NCBI GenBank assembly: GCA_964354805.1 | Contig: CAYHBD010000044.1 | Location: 1-16,686 of the forward strand | Source of the DNA: an uncultured archaeon | GTDB taxonomy: Archaea; Iainarchaeota; Iainarchaeia; Iainarchaeales; GCA-2688035 | DNA length: 16,686 bases | Direction: 5' to 3' | In this document: piece by piece, positions 15,568 to 16,686 of the stretch | Position numbering within the stretch: the stretch's first letter is position 1 | Layout of the letters: every line of letters begins with the position of its first letter | Notes under the pieces: generated by a model | Told to the model about the DNA's origin: nothing | Databases searched by the model: none | What the model saw: the letters and a program-made list of their open reading frames with translations, nothing else | Translations under genes and position numbers: made by a program

Positions 15568-16131
15568 CTACTTTCTGCACGCCTCAGCTACTGCGTTTGC
15601 CGCCTTTTTGTTCAATTCTGCCACTGCCTGCTTTCCGCTTTCAGCAAACAGTTCGTCAATTGCTTTCTCAAGCGCCTGAATTGAAACCTCTTTTGTCAGG
15701 GCGCAGAATGCGCCGAGCGCAGCAATGTTCACAAAGGGCTTTCCTATTACATCCAATGCAATTTTTGTGATGTTGACAGCGTGAATTGAAAAATTTCCCT
15801 TCAGCTTTGCCCTCAGCTCCTTTTCACTCTTGTCAGTATTCACTATAATCAATCCTTTTTCCCGCAGCCCTGCTGCAACATCAGTGCACTCAACCAGTGT
15901 TGCATCCAAAACAATGACATAATCCGGCTCGTAAACCTGCTGCCTTGCATTAATCGGCTTTTCATCAATCCTCACATAGCTTTCAACAGGAGCTCCTGTC
16001 CTCTCCACGCCGAAATTCGGGAAAGCCTGGCAATACTTTCCGTCATGGAAGGCAGCAATTGCAAGCACTTGGCTTGAGGTAACAGCCCCCTGCCCGCCCC
16101 TTCCGTGAATCCTTATTTCGCGCAGCGCCAT
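15568..16131 (-). CDS. porG: POR gamma subunit
   Basis: EIRIHGRGGQGAVT, FP.FGVERTGAPV, PDYVIVLD and N..ALGA motifs; ATG 16131 (GTG 16146 is the alternative). Confidence 0.94.
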   Translation of the reverse strand: MALREIRIHGRGGQGAVTSSQVLAIAAFHDGKYCQAFPNFGVERTGAPVESYVRIDEKPINARQQVYEPDYVIVLDATLVECTDVAAGLREKGLIIVNTDKSEKELRAKLKGNFSIHAVNITKIALDVIGKPFVNIAALGAFCALTKEVSIQALEKAIDELFAESGKQAVAELNKKAANAVAEACRK

Positions 16132-16202
16132 CCTGGATTCCTTCACTATAGAGAAAGAGGGAAAAAGTTAAAAAAGAGTGTTAGTAAAATTACTTTGATT
16201 GT

Positions 16203-16475
16203 ATGCTGCAAATCCACGCTTTTGTCTCAGGCAATGTCCAGGGGGTTAATTTCCGCTATTACGCTGTCCACCAGGCAAAGGCTATTGGATTGCATGGTTT
16301 TGTTAAAAACCTTTTGGACGGCAAGGTTGAGGTTGTAGCGCAGGGCAGCAGGGAACAATTGGAGAGAATGGTTGAATGGCTGAACCACGGGCCTGCTTCA
16401 TCTTCGGTTGATGATGTCCAGATTGAATGGAGCGAAACAAAAAAGAAATTCAAGGGGTTTTCGATTCAATACTAA
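16203..16475 (+). CDS. acyP: Acylphosphatase
   Basis: SGNVQGVNFR, GFVKNLLDGKVE, GP..S.V and F.I.Y; 90 aa. Confidence 0.95.
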   Translation: MLQIHAFVSGNVQGVNFRYYAVHQAKAIGLHGFVKNLLDGKVEVVAQGSREQLERMVEWLNHGPASSSVDDVQIEWSETKKKFKGFSIQY

Positions 16476-16686
16476 ACAGCCTTCAGCTCGAGCGCAACCT
16501 GCTTTTCTGCATTCAAGTCATTTATTCTGGTTTTAACCGTAATTATGTAAGTTCCGCTAACAGCCTTTTTCTCAGGATTCGGGCTAATAACAAAACCAGT
16601 GTTATCTTGCAATACTCTGCGCCCATCCTTCTCAATTGTTTCAATTGTTTGGCTGGGTGGATAAATGACGATTGCATCGCTTGCCT
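16472..16686 (-). CDS. 3' end of a gene truncated by the window edge; beta-rich (Ig-like?) C-terminus
   Basis: Hand translation ...ASDAIVIYPPSQTIETIEKDGRRVLQDNTGFVISPNPEKKAVSGTYIITVKTRINDLNAEKQVALELKAV*; TAG at 16472-16474 overlaps the acyP stop. Confidence 0.6.
   Translation of the reverse strand, partial: ASDAIVIYPPSQTIETIEKDGRRVLQDNTGFVISPNPEKKAVSGTYIITVKTRINDLNAEKQVALELKAV

Overview
Gene-dense archaeal chromosome segment. TATA boxes about 25 nt upstream of leaderless ATGs, a four-subunit POR, a UPF0282 MBL hydrolase and an Agl23-like gene point to an archaeon. A DPANN lineage such as Iainarchaeota/Diapherotrites is plausible but is inference only. Gene order: 3' end of an Agl23/TIGR03663-like membrane glycosyltransferase; Cys-rich lipoprotein with a Pro-Ser tail; agmatinase; a minus-strand cluster (58-aa protein absent from the ORF track, M29-like peptidase, M24B Xaa-Pro peptidase, membrane protein); DHH phosphoesterase; TylF-like methyltransferase; a minus-strand operon (acidic TRASH protein, UPF0282 MBL hydrolase, PHP-less PolX); nitroreductase; two paralogous triple-HTH proteins flanking a lipoprotein; the porG-D-A-B operon; acylphosphatase; and a partial gene. 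The most unusual observations are: (1) HTH-repeat proteins with a conserved frame and a variable recognition helix; (2) short tandem duplications at four gene junctions, two of which create mini-ORFs coupled at both ends inside the POR operon; (3) a PolX cut at the PHP boundary and coupled to an MBL hydrolase; (4) an in-frame palindromic insertion in the DHH gene. No RNA genes, CRISPR arrays or transposases were seen.
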